The notes under the pieces are model-generated. The model was not told the DNA's origin, ran no database searches, and saw only the letters and a program-made list of their open reading frames with translations. From positions 1 through 46,548 of the forward strand of contig DATKUS010000184.1 of assembly GCA_035530535.1 (NCBI GenBank): DNA of 46,548 nucleotides, read 5' to 3'. The stretch comes from Bacteroidales bacterium (GTDB taxonomy: Bacteria; Bacteroidota; Bacteroidia; Bacteroidales; VadinHA17). The translations under genes were made by a program, and so were the position numbers. This document shows, one piece after another, positions 27,397 through 36,210 of the stretch (position 1 is the stretch's first letter; each line of letters begins with the position of its first letter).

Positions 27397-28167
27397 CTAC
27401 CTGGCAAGGTTCTCAACAGCGAATGTATTTTCCGGTATGTCTGCCGACGTGTTTATTTCATTATAGACAATCGTGGAGCTTCGTCCGTTTAGAAGGTTTT
27501 TTGCAACCATCTCCGTCATTATATACCCATCGCGTCCTTCAACCGGCTGTGAAGCCAGGATGTCAATATAACGGAAAAGGGTATTGTCATAATTATAATA
27601 CTCAATCTTCCTGACCTCGAGATCCTTTTTTCTGAGGTAAGTCACTTTGCGGCCATAACCGTACTCTTCAGCTTTGTCTTCGTTAATCGGCTTGCTTTCA
27701 ATTATCCAATCATCCCCGGTTCCCGACTGTGGCATGTGTGATATATTAAAATCTGAAAGCGTGGCAGAAGTCATATCGGCATTGGAAAACTCAGAGCTCA
27801 TAAAACTCTTGCCCTTTTCCGTGGAGACGATGCGCCTGGTCCTTTTAAGTGCGGGAAGGTAGATCCACATTTCGTCCTGCACATCCTCATTATCAACAAT
27901 AAGCATTGATGTTCCGCGGACGTCAGCAGGCTCAAGGAATCTGATCATTCTCTTTTCCGTTCCGCCGTAAATCTTTGAAATCATGCTGACCGTCCTGACT
28001 CTTGTGGCTCCGTTTTTCTCAATGATTGTCAGAGTCATTGTTGATTTTAGTGCTTGGATCATAGTGAGATCACGGCCCTTTTCCATAATCTGAACAGGAT
28101 CAGGCTGTTGTCCCGTGACTCCTGCGAAGGAGAGAACCAATGCTGACATTAACAACATCTTTTTCAT
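27397..28167 (-). CDS. LolA-like 'outer membrane lipoprotein-sorting' family protein
   Basis: Has a signal peptide (MSALVLSFAGVTGQ). Its motifs are shared with the protein at 14946-15680 (see that entry). Confidence 0.75.
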   Translation of the reverse strand: MKKMLLMSALVLSFAGVTGQQPDPVQIMEKGRDLTMIQALKSTMTLTIIEKNGATRVRTVSMISKIYGGTEKRMIRFLEPADVRGTSMLIVDNEDVQDEMWIYLPALKRTRRIVSTEKGKSFMSSEFSNADMTSATLSDFNISHMPQSGTGDDWIIESKPINEDKAEEYGYGRKVTYLRKKDLEVRKIEYYNYDNTLFRYIDILASQPVEGRDGYIMTEMVAKNLLNGRSSTIVYNEINTSADIPENTFAVENLAR

Positions 28168-30448
28168 TTCTTATCTTTTTATTGATTTTATGACTCAAAT
28201 CTGCCTCTATGAACGCCGGTTTGAATTTCAGCAGGAAAGCAGGTATTACAATGATGGAGAAAAGCAGGCAGGAACCAATGGAAAGCAGAACCATGTAGCC
28301 GAAGAACCTTATCGAGAGGAACCCGGAGAAGAAGGTAGCAGAAAAACCTGCCATGACACTCATCGCATTGATGATAATACTTCTTCCTGTTGTGCCATAT
28401 GTTTTCAGGATTGCCTCGCGGTGGCTGAGTCCGTTCCTCAGTTCGAAATTGTATCTCCACATGAATTGTATAGTAAAGTCCACACCAACACCTATCATTA
28501 TTGAAGAGAGGAGGGCAGTAGCAGCGTCAATGGCGATACCTGCCATACCCATGAAACCAAACTGTATGATAATTGACGCAGCAAGAGGTATAGAACCGAT
28601 GAGGCCTCCCTTCACCGATCTGAAAATTAGTGAAAGGAGCATAAAAACAGTCAGCAGGGCTATGAAAAGCGATGAGAGTTGTCCATTAATAATCTTCCTT
28701 GCAAAGTCAGCCATTATGATCGCGTAGCCGCCTACTGTGATCCGGGCCGGAAAATCTGACGTAAAGCGTTCAATATCCTCTCTTACAGCACGTATGATGT
28801 CATTATCCGGTTTTGAAAGTCTTATAAGTATATGGGCACCAGTATTTTCAAAATTCATCAGCTGGCTGAAATCATCAGGGTCTCCACTCATGTTGTAGAG
28901 CTCAAACATTTGGGCAATAGCATTGCCTGAAGCAGGTATCTGGTCATATTCAGGCTCTCCGGGTTCGTACAGAGCCTTGCTCATCTCCCTCACCACACCT
29001 GAAATGGAAAACACATTACCCACACCCTCAACACTTTTAAGGTGGAGAGTAAGATCATTAATACCTCTCATCACCAGCGGGTCTTTGATATCTCCTCTGA
29101 CCATTACAGAAATAGTCTGTGAGCCACCGAATTTTGCATTGATTATTTCGGAAGCCTTTCGCACCGGGTGTTTATGCGGAAAATAATTTTCCTGATTAGT
29201 GTCTGTTTTAAGTAAAAAGATGCCGGAGGAGGTAAGCAGTGTGATGGCGGCGGATATCACCAGGACCCTTCCCGGCCATTTGAGAACCACTTTTGACAAT
29301 CCGCTGATTGTCCTGTTGAGAACACCTCCTGATTCATGTGGTTCAGCAACAATCTTTTTTACCGGCTTCCTGAAAGAGATCATTGCAGGAATGAATAACA
29401 GGCTCATTGCCAGGGCAATGGATACGCCAATGGCTGCAAGGACTCCCAGTTGCCTTGCTGGAATGATGGAGTGGGCCAGAAGCCCGAGTATTCCAGCCAC
29501 GGTAGTAAGGCCGCTGAACAGTATCGGCATATTCAGTGATCCTGTAAGGGCATGGATCATCTCTTTGCTGGAGAGCTGTATGTCTGACCTGCACAGTTCC
29601 TGATATCTTGTTACAAGGTATATCCCGTAGTTGTTAGCCACCGATATCATAATTATCGGTACAAGAAGACTTAATATGGAGATCTTCCATCCGAACAACG
29701 GTATAAGTCCCATACTTACAGCTGTTGAAAGCACAACCACACTGAAAGGCATAAGTACACTCTTCCAGTCCCCCAGGGTCACCTTAAGGATTGTCAGCAT
29801 GATGATAAGGGCCAGTGGGATTAATACCATGGCATCATGATTCACATCCTCTACAATGAATCTCCGGATATATGGCAGTCCGCCCGTGAGCATTACCCCG
29901 CCTTCGCCGGAGGATGCAATTATTGAATCAATTTTCCCAAGTGTCACATTTTCCGGAACACCGGGATTAATTGTGCCGGTAATGGCAGCAGCGGTAAAGT
30001 CCGAAGAGACCACTACGTCGCGGGCAAACTGATTTGAGAGAATGTTTTTCTTAAGCTCAGCGATCTCCTCCTCCGTCTCCGGAATTTTGCTTACAAGCGG
30101 ATCAACTATCATCATTCCATCTTCACCTCGTATATTCCTTGCAGTATAAAGTGAATTGATAGTCCCCAGGCCCTCCAGTCTTTTGAATGCTCTGTCAACA
30201 TCCTTTATCTGCCTGAGATCATGTGTGGTAAGTACAGAGGTATCGGTATAAAGCGCGACTATCATGTCCTGTACCCCGAATTGCTGCTCTATTGAATCAG
30301 TGGCAACCCTGGAAGTCATGGACCGTGGCACATAATTACGTATTTCAGGATCCGTCTCGGCAGAGGGTATTAGTAATCCGAACGCCACTCCAGCCATAAC
30401 AGATAATGAAATAATAATCCACCTGTATTTTAATATTAAACCAGCCAT
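28100..30448 (-). CDS. MMPL/RND-superfamily exporter (782 aa)
   Basis: Has the two-fold repeat of 1 TM + periplasmic domain + 5 TM that is typical of MMPL/HpnN-like RND proteins (for example SLLVPIIMISVANNYGIYL and IMIGVGVDFTIQFMWRY). The last 68 nt overlap the next gene. Confidence 0.8.
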   Translation of the reverse strand: MAGLILKYRWIIISLSVMAGVAFGLLIPSAETDPEIRNYVPRSMTSRVATDSIEQQFGVQDMIVALYTDTSVLTTHDLRQIKDVDRAFKRLEGLGTINSLYTARNIRGEDGMMIVDPLVSKIPETEEEIAELKKNILSNQFARDVVVSSDFTAAAITGTINPGVPENVTLGKIDSIIASSGEGGVMLTGGLPYIRRFIVEDVNHDAMVLIPLALIIMLTILKVTLGDWKSVLMPFSVVVLSTAVSMGLIPLFGWKISILSLLVPIIMISVANNYGIYLVTRYQELCRSDIQLSSKEMIHALTGSLNMPILFSGLTTVAGILGLLAHSIIPARQLGVLAAIGVSIALAMSLLFIPAMISFRKPVKKIVAEPHESGGVLNRTISGLSKVVLKWPGRVLVISAAITLLTSSGIFLLKTDTNQENYFPHKHPVRKASEIINAKFGGSQTISVMVRGDIKDPLVMRGINDLTLHLKSVEGVGNVFSISGVVREMSKALYEPGEPEYDQIPASGNAIAQMFELYNMSGDPDDFSQLMNFENTGAHILIRLSKPDNDIIRAVREDIERFTSDFPARITVGGYAIIMADFARKIINGQLSSLFIALLTVFMLLSLIFRSVKGGLIGSIPLAASIIIQFGFMGMAGIAIDAATALLSSIMIGVGVDFTIQFMWRYNFELRNGLSHREAILKTYGTTGRSIIINAMSVMAGFSATFFSGFLSIRFFGYMVLLSIGSCLLFSIIVIPAFLLKFKPAFIEADLSHKINKKIRNEKDVVNVSIGSLLRRSHGTTA

Positions 30449-30452
30449 ATTC

Positions 30453-31796
30453 TCAGAAATCTATCCTTATTGAAAAGAAAGCGGCATTCATGAAATCATT
30501 AATTATATCATACAGACCGCCCTCAGAACCTGAGTAATACTCAAGTCCGGCGCACAGAGAAAGTCCGTCGGCGGGCTTATACTTTATCGAAGGTATCACT
30601 ACCAGGTCCTTTGAAGTGAAGTTGTACATCCCGGACAGTGAGGGTATCAGCTTGCCGTAGAGAGTCTCCGCCTCGATCCTTAAACCTGCCGAATGATAAT
30701 ATTCCCGGAGCTGATTATTATAAAGCCTGTTAAATGACTCTGTCTGCAACCGTACAAATTCCAATGGATTAAAACCGGGTGTCGCAAACAGTTCTGCGAG
30801 GGCTGCCGGATCAGGTTCCGTTCCGATAAGTGATCCATAAGGGGCATCGTAGAAATCCAGTACTTTTTTTCCTGAGTATTCAGCTGTTATCCGAAAAATC
30901 CCCGGCGTCCAGTCCATGCCGCCTACCCATACAACCTCGGGAAACGGAACTTCTTCATTGCCTTCTTTTCCAACAACAGGGTCTGACCAGGCGGCCGTCC
31001 CCCTTATAACAACCGCAGAAAGCACCGCCTCGAAGTCGATGCCGGCGCTGTTAATAATATAAGGTACTCCCTTAATTGACAGCAGTGGGATCATCGGGTT
31101 AGAGAAATCTGCAGACAACAGTTTAAGCCCCGGCATCAGATCAGGACCATGAAACCACTGAAGTCCGGCATCAACTCCCCTGAAAATAAAGTCTGTACGT
31201 ACTCCATAAGAAGAATAACCATTGGCCGACAGAAATCCTGATGGCAGATCCAGTGATATGCTTGCCGGGAGCGTCAGCGGTGCTGTCATTAAGATGGAAG
31301 GATTCCACAACGGGGCTGAGACAAAGGTGAGTTTGAAAGCCGGTGCCGGCGTAAACACAATTTCTGCAAGCAGGTTCCCGAGGTCGGCATCCTCACGGTC
31401 AGGACTCCTAAATGAATAGTCAGTCGGATTGAATCTAGAAAGCGGAGTGAAAAAGTCGGTCTTGCCCCAGTTTATCATTTTCTTACCCAGGGATATTCCT
31501 AATATATTGTTATAATATGAGCACCAGGCTTCACGAAGGTAAAAGTTGCTGACATCTTCACCAAATTGCTGTCCCGTTCTTAATCTCATGTCAGCAAAGC
31601 CCCTGAGACTTTTGTTATCGGATGCCGTAAGAGTAAATGCTGCATCTCCGGAAGCTGCATTTACATCATGGGTGTAATCGCCGGTACTCAGGTACATGCT
31701 TCCTCTTATGAAACCTCCGGGAGTGAAGTTTTTTTCCTGTGCCCACGAGGATAATGCGGGCAGGAATAATAACAAAAGGATAAACCAGCGCTTCAT
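30453..31796 (-). CDS. Putative outer-membrane beta-barrel protein (paralogue class of 10573-11715)
   Basis: Has a signal peptide (LPALSSWAQ), a beta-strand periodicity and a C-terminal aromatic residue (SIRIDF). It shares the LGKKMINWGKTDFF block with the other barrel. It ends 4 nt upstream of the MMPL gene's start. Confidence 0.6.
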   Translation of the reverse strand: MKRWFILLLLFLPALSSWAQEKNFTPGGFIRGSMYLSTGDYTHDVNAASGDAAFTLTASDNKSLRGFADMRLRTGQQFGEDVSNFYLREAWCSYYNNILGISLGKKMINWGKTDFFTPLSRFNPTDYSFRSPDREDADLGNLLAEIVFTPAPAFKLTFVSAPLWNPSILMTAPLTLPASISLDLPSGFLSANGYSSYGVRTDFIFRGVDAGLQWFHGPDLMPGLKLLSADFSNPMIPLLSIKGVPYIINSAGIDFEAVLSAVVIRGTAAWSDPVVGKEGNEEVPFPEVVWVGGMDWTPGIFRITAEYSGKKVLDFYDAPYGSLIGTEPDPAALAELFATPGFNPLEFVRLQTESFNRLYNNQLREYYHSAGLRIEAETLYGKLIPSLSGMYNFTSKDLVVIPSIKYKPADGLSLCAGLEYYSGSEGGLYDIINDFMNAAFFSIRIDF

Positions 31797-31905
31797 CTGA
31801 AATTGTTTTATACAAATTTCTCAAAGGCGATGAAACTTATCGACCGGACCGCTCAGACCGGACCCGTTAATGATGATGAAATGGTTCTTGCCGCTCGGAT
31901 AACAC

Positions 31906-33036
31906 TCAGGGTTTCCCGGTTCCCAGGGCTTGCCTGAACTGGCTTGGTGTCTTTCCTGTAAACGATTTAAAAAAGGTGTTAAAGGTTGATTTTGAATTGA
32001 ATCCTGAGTCAAAGGCAATGGCTAAAATTGTATATCGCTGGTATTTTGCATTACTGAGGCGGATGATCACTTCCTTCACTCTGTATTCATTAATGAAGGT
32101 GAAGAAGTTTCTGCCGTGTTTTTCATTTAATACTTCGGTGATATAATGCCTTGGTATTCCGGTCTTCCTGGCAAGGTCATGAATGGTAAGGTCACTGTCG
32201 AGGTATGGTTTTTCATTATCCATATATCCCAGCATCTTGCTCAGGTACTCATCAGCCTGATCCTTCCTGAGCCCACTGCGTGCGTACTTTCCCTGCACCT
32301 CTTTTTCCGCCTCGTCATCAGCTTCGTTCTCAGTAATGACATCAAAGATCACCGGTTGCCGAATTGCATAGAAGCTGTATGCAAATGAAAAAAATGTAAT
32401 AAAAATAAAGACGATAATATAGGGGTCGAACGGAAGCAGTCCGGCTATCAATTCAAATCCTCCCAGGAGAAAAACGACCAGGTAACCTATATAGAATGTT
32501 GCTGACAGGATCTTAAGCCAGTTGAGTGTTATCTTTGAGGGGGTGTAAGAGACTATATCACGGAGCCTTGATTGGTGATGCCGTATCTCGATGAATGAGA
32601 GGATGCTGTAGACGGTAATGGAAAGAAAGAAACTGATGCTGTAGACTATTCTGAGAGATATGAACCTGTCGACGATAAAGAATCCGCTGAGGTCGTCAAA
32701 AATAGGCTTATCCCTGAAGATGACCGATACAGTAAAAAATGCCAGGAATGGGATGAAATGAAGGCTGTTCCACGGAGAAAATCTCAGGTAGGGATCTGTC
32801 TGATGGCGAACATACAGGTAAAGCAGGGGACCGTATGTAAAAGCGATAAAGGGGAATGAGTACATTTCAAGTACCGTCCTGTTAATAAGTGCAAAAATCA
32901 GTTCGATGCAAAGGAGAAAGACCCATGCGGTCATCAGGCGGTTGGAGGTATTAAATGGTCTTCGGGTTGCAATGAGGAGACCGGCAAAAAATGACTGAGC
33001 AATTCCGATATACAGTATGGGTTCAATGAAATCCAT
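31906..33036 (-). CDS. Membrane-anchored AraC-family transcriptional regulator
   Basis: Has an N-terminal ~230 aa with multiple TM helices and a C-terminal AraC HTH pair (LTIHDLARKTGIPRHYITEVLN ... ILAIAFDSGFNSKSTFNTFFKSFTGKTPSQFR). Confidence 0.85.
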   Translation of the reverse strand: MDFIEPILYIGIAQSFFAGLLIATRRPFNTSNRLMTAWVFLLCIELIFALINRTVLEMYSFPFIAFTYGPLLYLYVRHQTDPYLRFSPWNSLHFIPFLAFFTVSVIFRDKPIFDDLSGFFIVDRFISLRIVYSISFFLSITVYSILSFIEIRHHQSRLRDIVSYTPSKITLNWLKILSATFYIGYLVVFLLGGFELIAGLLPFDPYIIVFIFITFFSFAYSFYAIRQPVIFDVITENEADDEAEKEVQGKYARSGLRKDQADEYLSKMLGYMDNEKPYLDSDLTIHDLARKTGIPRHYITEVLNEKHGRNFFTFINEYRVKEVIIRLSNAKYQRYTILAIAFDSGFNSKSTFNTFFKSFTGKTPSQFRQALGTGKP

Positions 33037-33083
33037 CAGAGTGACAATTATCAGTAAAATTAGTAAAAGGATTAAAAAAAATC

Positions 33084-33091
33084 TACTTTTG
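33084..33091 (+). promoter_or_regulatory. Candidate Bacteroidota -7 promoter box (TACTTTTG) for sucD
   Basis: Matches TAnnTTTG and lies 32 nt upstream of the sucD ATG, in the divergent intergenic region. The motif is short, so many chance hits are expected in a window of this size. Confidence 0.3.
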
Positions 33092-33122
33092 ATTTAAAGG
33101 TAATAAAAACAACAATATCCAT

Positions 33123-33995
33123 ATGAGTGTATTGCTCTCAGCAGAATCAAGGGTTATCGTGCAGGGTTTCACAGGCAGTGAAGGGACATTCCATGCAACA
33201 CAAATGATAGAATACGGCACAAAAGTGGTAGGAGGAGTCACCCCGGGAAAAGGAGGACAGGTTCACCTGAATCTTCCGGTATTCAATACGGTACGTGAGG
33301 CCGTGGCAGCCACCGATGCAGACACTTCGGTCATTTTTGTTCCTCCGGCATACGCTGCAGATTCAATTATGGAGGCAGCGGAAGGAGGCATAGGTCTGAT
33401 AGTGGCCATTACTGAGGGAATACCTGTTTCAGACATGGTAAGGGTCAAAGAATATATAAAAAAGTTTAAGACGGTGCTGATCGGTCCCAATTGCCCCGGT
33501 GTCATTACTCCCGGTGAAGCCAAGGTGGGGATCATGCCGGGATTTATCCATAAAAAGGGTTCTGTTGGTGTTATTTCGAGGTCCGGTACACTTACATACG
33601 AAGCGGTTGACCAGCTGACGAAGGCCGGTCTTGGTCAGTCGACATGTATCGGTATTGGCGGGGACCCCGTTATAGGAACAACATCTCTTGATGCCCTCAA
33701 GCTGATGATGGATGATCCTCATACTGAAGCGGTTGTTGTGATTGGAGAGATAGGAGGGGTGATGGAGACTGATCTTGCTTACTGGGTAAAGGAACACGGG
33801 ACAAAGCCTGTGATAGGCTTTATAGCAGGGCAGACAGCGCCCAAAGGGCGCAGGATGGGCCATGCGGGTGCTATCATCGGAGGCAAGAATGATACCGCCG
33901 GAGCAAAAATGAAGATCATGGCTGAGTGCGGGATACATGTGGTGGAATCACCCGCTGAAATAGGGATCATGGTATTAAAAGCTCTGAAAAAATAA
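33123..33995 (+). CDS. sucD: Succinate--CoA ligase subunit alpha
   Basis: Has [44 protein letters not shown] and the catalytic-His region MGHAGAII. Confidence 0.95.
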   Translation: MSVLLSAESRVIVQGFTGSEGTFHATQMIEYGTKVVGGVTPGKGGQVHLNLPVFNTVREAVAATDADTSVIFVPPAYAADSIMEAAEGGIGLIVAITEGIPVSDMVRVKEYIKKFKTVLIGPNCPGVITPGEAKVGIMPGFIHKKGSVGVISRSGTLTYEAVDQLTKAGLGQSTCIGIGGDPVIGTTSLDALKLMMDDPHTEAVVVIGEIGGVMETDLAYWVKEHGTKPVIGFIAGQTAPKGRRMGHAGAIIGGKNDTAGAKMKIMAECGIHVVESPAEIGIMVLKALKK

Positions 33996-34122
33996 TTTTC
34001 TATATTTGTGCCTCAAAAAACAAGAGGATAAAACCTCCATGTATTATCATTTGTGAACACAATAGTATAATAATGAAGCACATGGAGATTCCATCATATC
34101 AAACAATTCAAATTATATTAAG

Positions 34123-34869
34123 ATGAAATTACTGGAAGGAAAGATAGCTGTTATCACCGGAGGCTCACGTGGTATCGGCAAAGGGATAGCTCTGAGGTTT
34201 GCCCGTGAAGGTGCAAACATAGCCCTGACAAACATCGTTGACAATGAGGAATTCACTTCTGCCGTAAATGAGATCGCGGCGCTGGGCGTGAAAGCAAAGG
34301 GATATGTTTCTGACGCTTCAGATTTTTTAGCTTCGGAAAAGATCATTGACCAAATAGTAGCTGATTTCGGCACCATTGATATACTTGTGAATAATGCCGG
34401 CATTACCCGTGACACACTGCTCATGAGAATGACAGAGGAGCAATGGGACCAGGTGCTGACGGTCAACCTGAAGTCGGTCTTCAACGTTACAAAGGCTTCC
34501 ATTAAGCCAATGATGAAGCAGCGGAGTGGCTCTATCATTAACATGAGTTCTGTGGTAGGAGTGACAGGCAATGCAGGGCAGGCCAACTACTCGGCATCCA
34601 AAGCAGGCATACTCGGTTTTACCAAGAGTGTTGCCAAGGAACTTGGTTCCAGAAATGTCAGATGCAATGCGATAGCCCCGGGATTCATACTGACTGAGAT
34701 GACAGACAAGCTTCCCGAAGATGTCAAGAATGAATGGATAACAAAGATACCTCTGCGTCGTGGAGGCACCACTGAGGATGTAGCAAACATTGCATTGTTC
34801 CTGGCCTCAGACCTGTCGTCATATGTGACCGGACAGACTGTCAATGTCTGCGGTGGCATGGTAATGTAA
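34123..34869 (+). CDS. fabG: 3-oxoacyl-[ACP] reductase FabG
   Basis: Has VITGGSRGIGKGIA, LVNNAGITRD, NMSSVVG, YSASKAG and GQTVNVCGGMVM. Confidence 0.9.
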   Translation: MKLLEGKIAVITGGSRGIGKGIALRFAREGANIALTNIVDNEEFTSAVNEIAALGVKAKGYVSDASDFLASEKIIDQIVADFGTIDILVNNAGITRDTLLMRMTEEQWDQVLTVNLKSVFNVTKASIKPMMKQRSGSIINMSSVVGVTGNAGQANYSASKAGILGFTKSVAKELGSRNVRCNAIAPGFILTEMTDKLPEDVKNEWITKIPLRRGGTTEDVANIALFLASDLSSYVTGQTVNVCGGMVM

Positions 34870-34876
34870 ATTTAAT

Positions 34877-34904
34877 TTTGCAATTAATTTATTTATTATA
34901 TTTG
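34877..34904 (+). promoter_or_regulatory. Candidate Bacteroidota promoter (-33 TTTG / -7 TATATTTG) upstream of the tRNA pair
   Basis: TTTG lies at 34877-34880 and TATATTTG at 34897-34904, with a 16-nt spacer. The pair sits between the fabG stop and tRNA-Thr. Confidence 0.4.
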
Positions 34905-34909
34905 CATCG

Positions 34910-34993
34910 GCAGGGCGCTATTCCCTCAAGCACGAGGAAATGCAGCGAGACATAATTATTCCACATTTATATCTTATGCGCCCTGCTTTTTTT
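34910..34993 (+). other. Long-range stem (9 bp) enclosing ~59 nt, followed by a T7 run, immediately 5' of tRNA-Thr
   Basis: gcagggcgc (34910-34918) pairs perfectly with gcgccctgc (34978-34986) and is followed by ttttttt (34987-34993). An inner imperfect hairpin ttccctc/gaggaa is also present. Confidence 0.4.
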
Positions 34994-35002
34994 ATTTTAT
35001 AT

Positions 35003-35074
35003 GCCTCCTTAGCTCAGTGGTAGAGCAGCTCACTCGTAATGAGCAGGTCGTGGGTTCAACTCCCATGGGAGGCT
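35003..35074 (+). tRNA. tRNA-Thr (anticodon CGU)
   Basis: Hand-folded cloverleaf: acceptor GCCTCCT/GGGAGGC, D arm GCTC-AGTGGTA-GAGC, anticodon arm GCTCA-CTCGTAA-TGAGC, variable AGGTC, T arm GTGGG-TTCAACT-CCCAT. No CCA is encoded. Confidence 0.9.
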
Positions 35075-35194
35075 CTGGGGGGAGTTGGAAGTGCCTGGAG
35101 TGAGTTAAAGTGAACTAAAGTTATAGGGAGTTTATACAGCAGTACTGCATGACTTAAGGACGGAGCTCAGTGACAGACATAAAAACAATTGTAT

Positions 35195-35266
35195 GCGGGA
35201 GTAGCTCAGGGGTAGAGCATCAGCTTCCCAAGCTGAGGGTCGAGGGTTCGAATCCCTTTTCCCGCT
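35195..35266 (+). tRNA. tRNA-Gly (anticodon CCC)
   Basis: Hand-folded cloverleaf: acceptor GCGGGAG/TTCCCGC, D arm GCTC-AGGGGTA-GAGC, anticodon arm TCAGC-TTCCCAA-GCTGA, variable GGGTC, T arm GAGGG-TTCGAAT-CCCTT. No CCA is encoded. Confidence 0.9.
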
Positions 35267-35277
35267 CAAATAAAATG

Positions 35278-35300
35278 AGGCTGCACAAGCAGCCTTTTAT
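35278..35300 (+). terminator. Rho-independent terminator after tRNA-Gly
   Basis: The stem aggctgc/gcagcct has a 4-nt loop (acaa) and is followed by ttttatt. Confidence 0.7.
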
Positions 35301-35330
35301 TATTTAGCCTGACCGACCGTGATTTATCAA

Positions 35331-35440
35331 AGGGAGGGAAGGATAAATTATAAAAACAAGCCACGGTAGTGGCTTTTTTGTTTGACAGCATCCTCTTCAG
35401 GGAACGCCGAGCCGGAGGTGAAGCAATCCCTTTTCCCGCT
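35331..35440 (+). repeat. Direct repeat copy A (~110 bp): hairpin plus T-run, spacer, and a degenerate tRNA-Gly 3' half ending in the tRNA 3' core
   Basis: Contains the hairpin agccac-ggta-gtggct plus T6 (35359-35379). It ends with aatcccttttcccgct (35425-35440), identical to tRNA-Gly positions 35251-35266. By eye it is roughly 85-90% identical to copy B over the last ~83 nt. Confidence 0.8.
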
Positions 35441-35869
35441 TACAGTAAATCAAAGAGTTAGACGCAATCTGACTCTTTTCTATTTGCTTGTTTGCACTCC
35501 ATTTGCATACTTCTCTATGGGATACGATACTCCGATATATGAGTGTTGATAAAATAAATGTTTTGTTCGTGCACTTTTTACACCGAAAATAGAAAAGGCA
35601 GCCCCGTGTCTGTCAAATATCCATTCGTCAAAATGTCTGCTGCTCAGAGTGAGCATAAATAGTTGAGGGCTGCCCGTATTTCAAAAGTAAATGATTAGTG
35701 AAAGCAAGGGTAAAAAGTTATTCACAAAGCAGGGCATTTTTGCCAAAAGTTATCAAAAGGTAAAATGTATCACAAAAGAAAAGGCAGCCCCCATTTATAG
35801 TCAATGTCTGCAAATTACCCCGGCCGGGGTGCTGCTGGAGGGGTTGTCCCATACCAAAGAAATGATGAC

Positions 35870-36094
35870 TTATTCCTTTTTAAATTGGCCAAAATGAATA
35901 AAAAGAAACAATATAATGGCCAGCAGGAAAAAGCTGCTAGCAGCATGAAAATAATTTACAATCTCTGTGCCAGCAAAAAATCTACAGGTAAGAATTGATT
36001 GAATTAATGCTAATAAGAGAAATAGTAATCCTATTCCAACAGAAATCCATTCAGTCCAGTTTAATACGTTCAAGAACCATTTTGTTGCTTTCAT
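35870..36094 (-). CDS. Hypothetical small membrane protein (74 aa, two TM helices)
   Basis: Has an ATG start and two clear hydrophobic helices (WISVGIGLLFLLLALIQSIL and SFFLLAIILFLFIHF). I recognise no family. Confidence 0.4.
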   Translation of the reverse strand: MKATKWFLNVLNWTEWISVGIGLLFLLLALIQSILTCRFFAGTEIVNYFHAASSFFLLAIILFLFIHFGQFKKE

Positions 36095-36145
36095 AGGTTT
36101 AAGTTTTCGTTAATAATCCTGATTAACTTTAATATCAAAGATAAT

Positions 36146-36177
36146 AAAAAGCCCCGGGAGCTGATTTCCGAGGGCTG
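36146..36177 (-). terminator. Probable terminator after the 145-aa gene
   Basis: The minus strand reads agccctcgg-aaatcagc-tcccggggct, a GC-rich imperfect stem, followed by tttttatt. Confidence 0.4.
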
Positions 36178-36210
36178 AAATGTCATATCGTTGGATAAAG
36201 ATAACTATGT

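Noticed and set aside
35691-35998. Track ORFs 35691-35897 and 35804-35998 (+) in the islet's non-coding stretch.
   Set aside because: They overlap each other and the more plausible 74-aa minus-strand membrane ORF. They lack signal or TM features and have Lys/Gln-rich filler composition.
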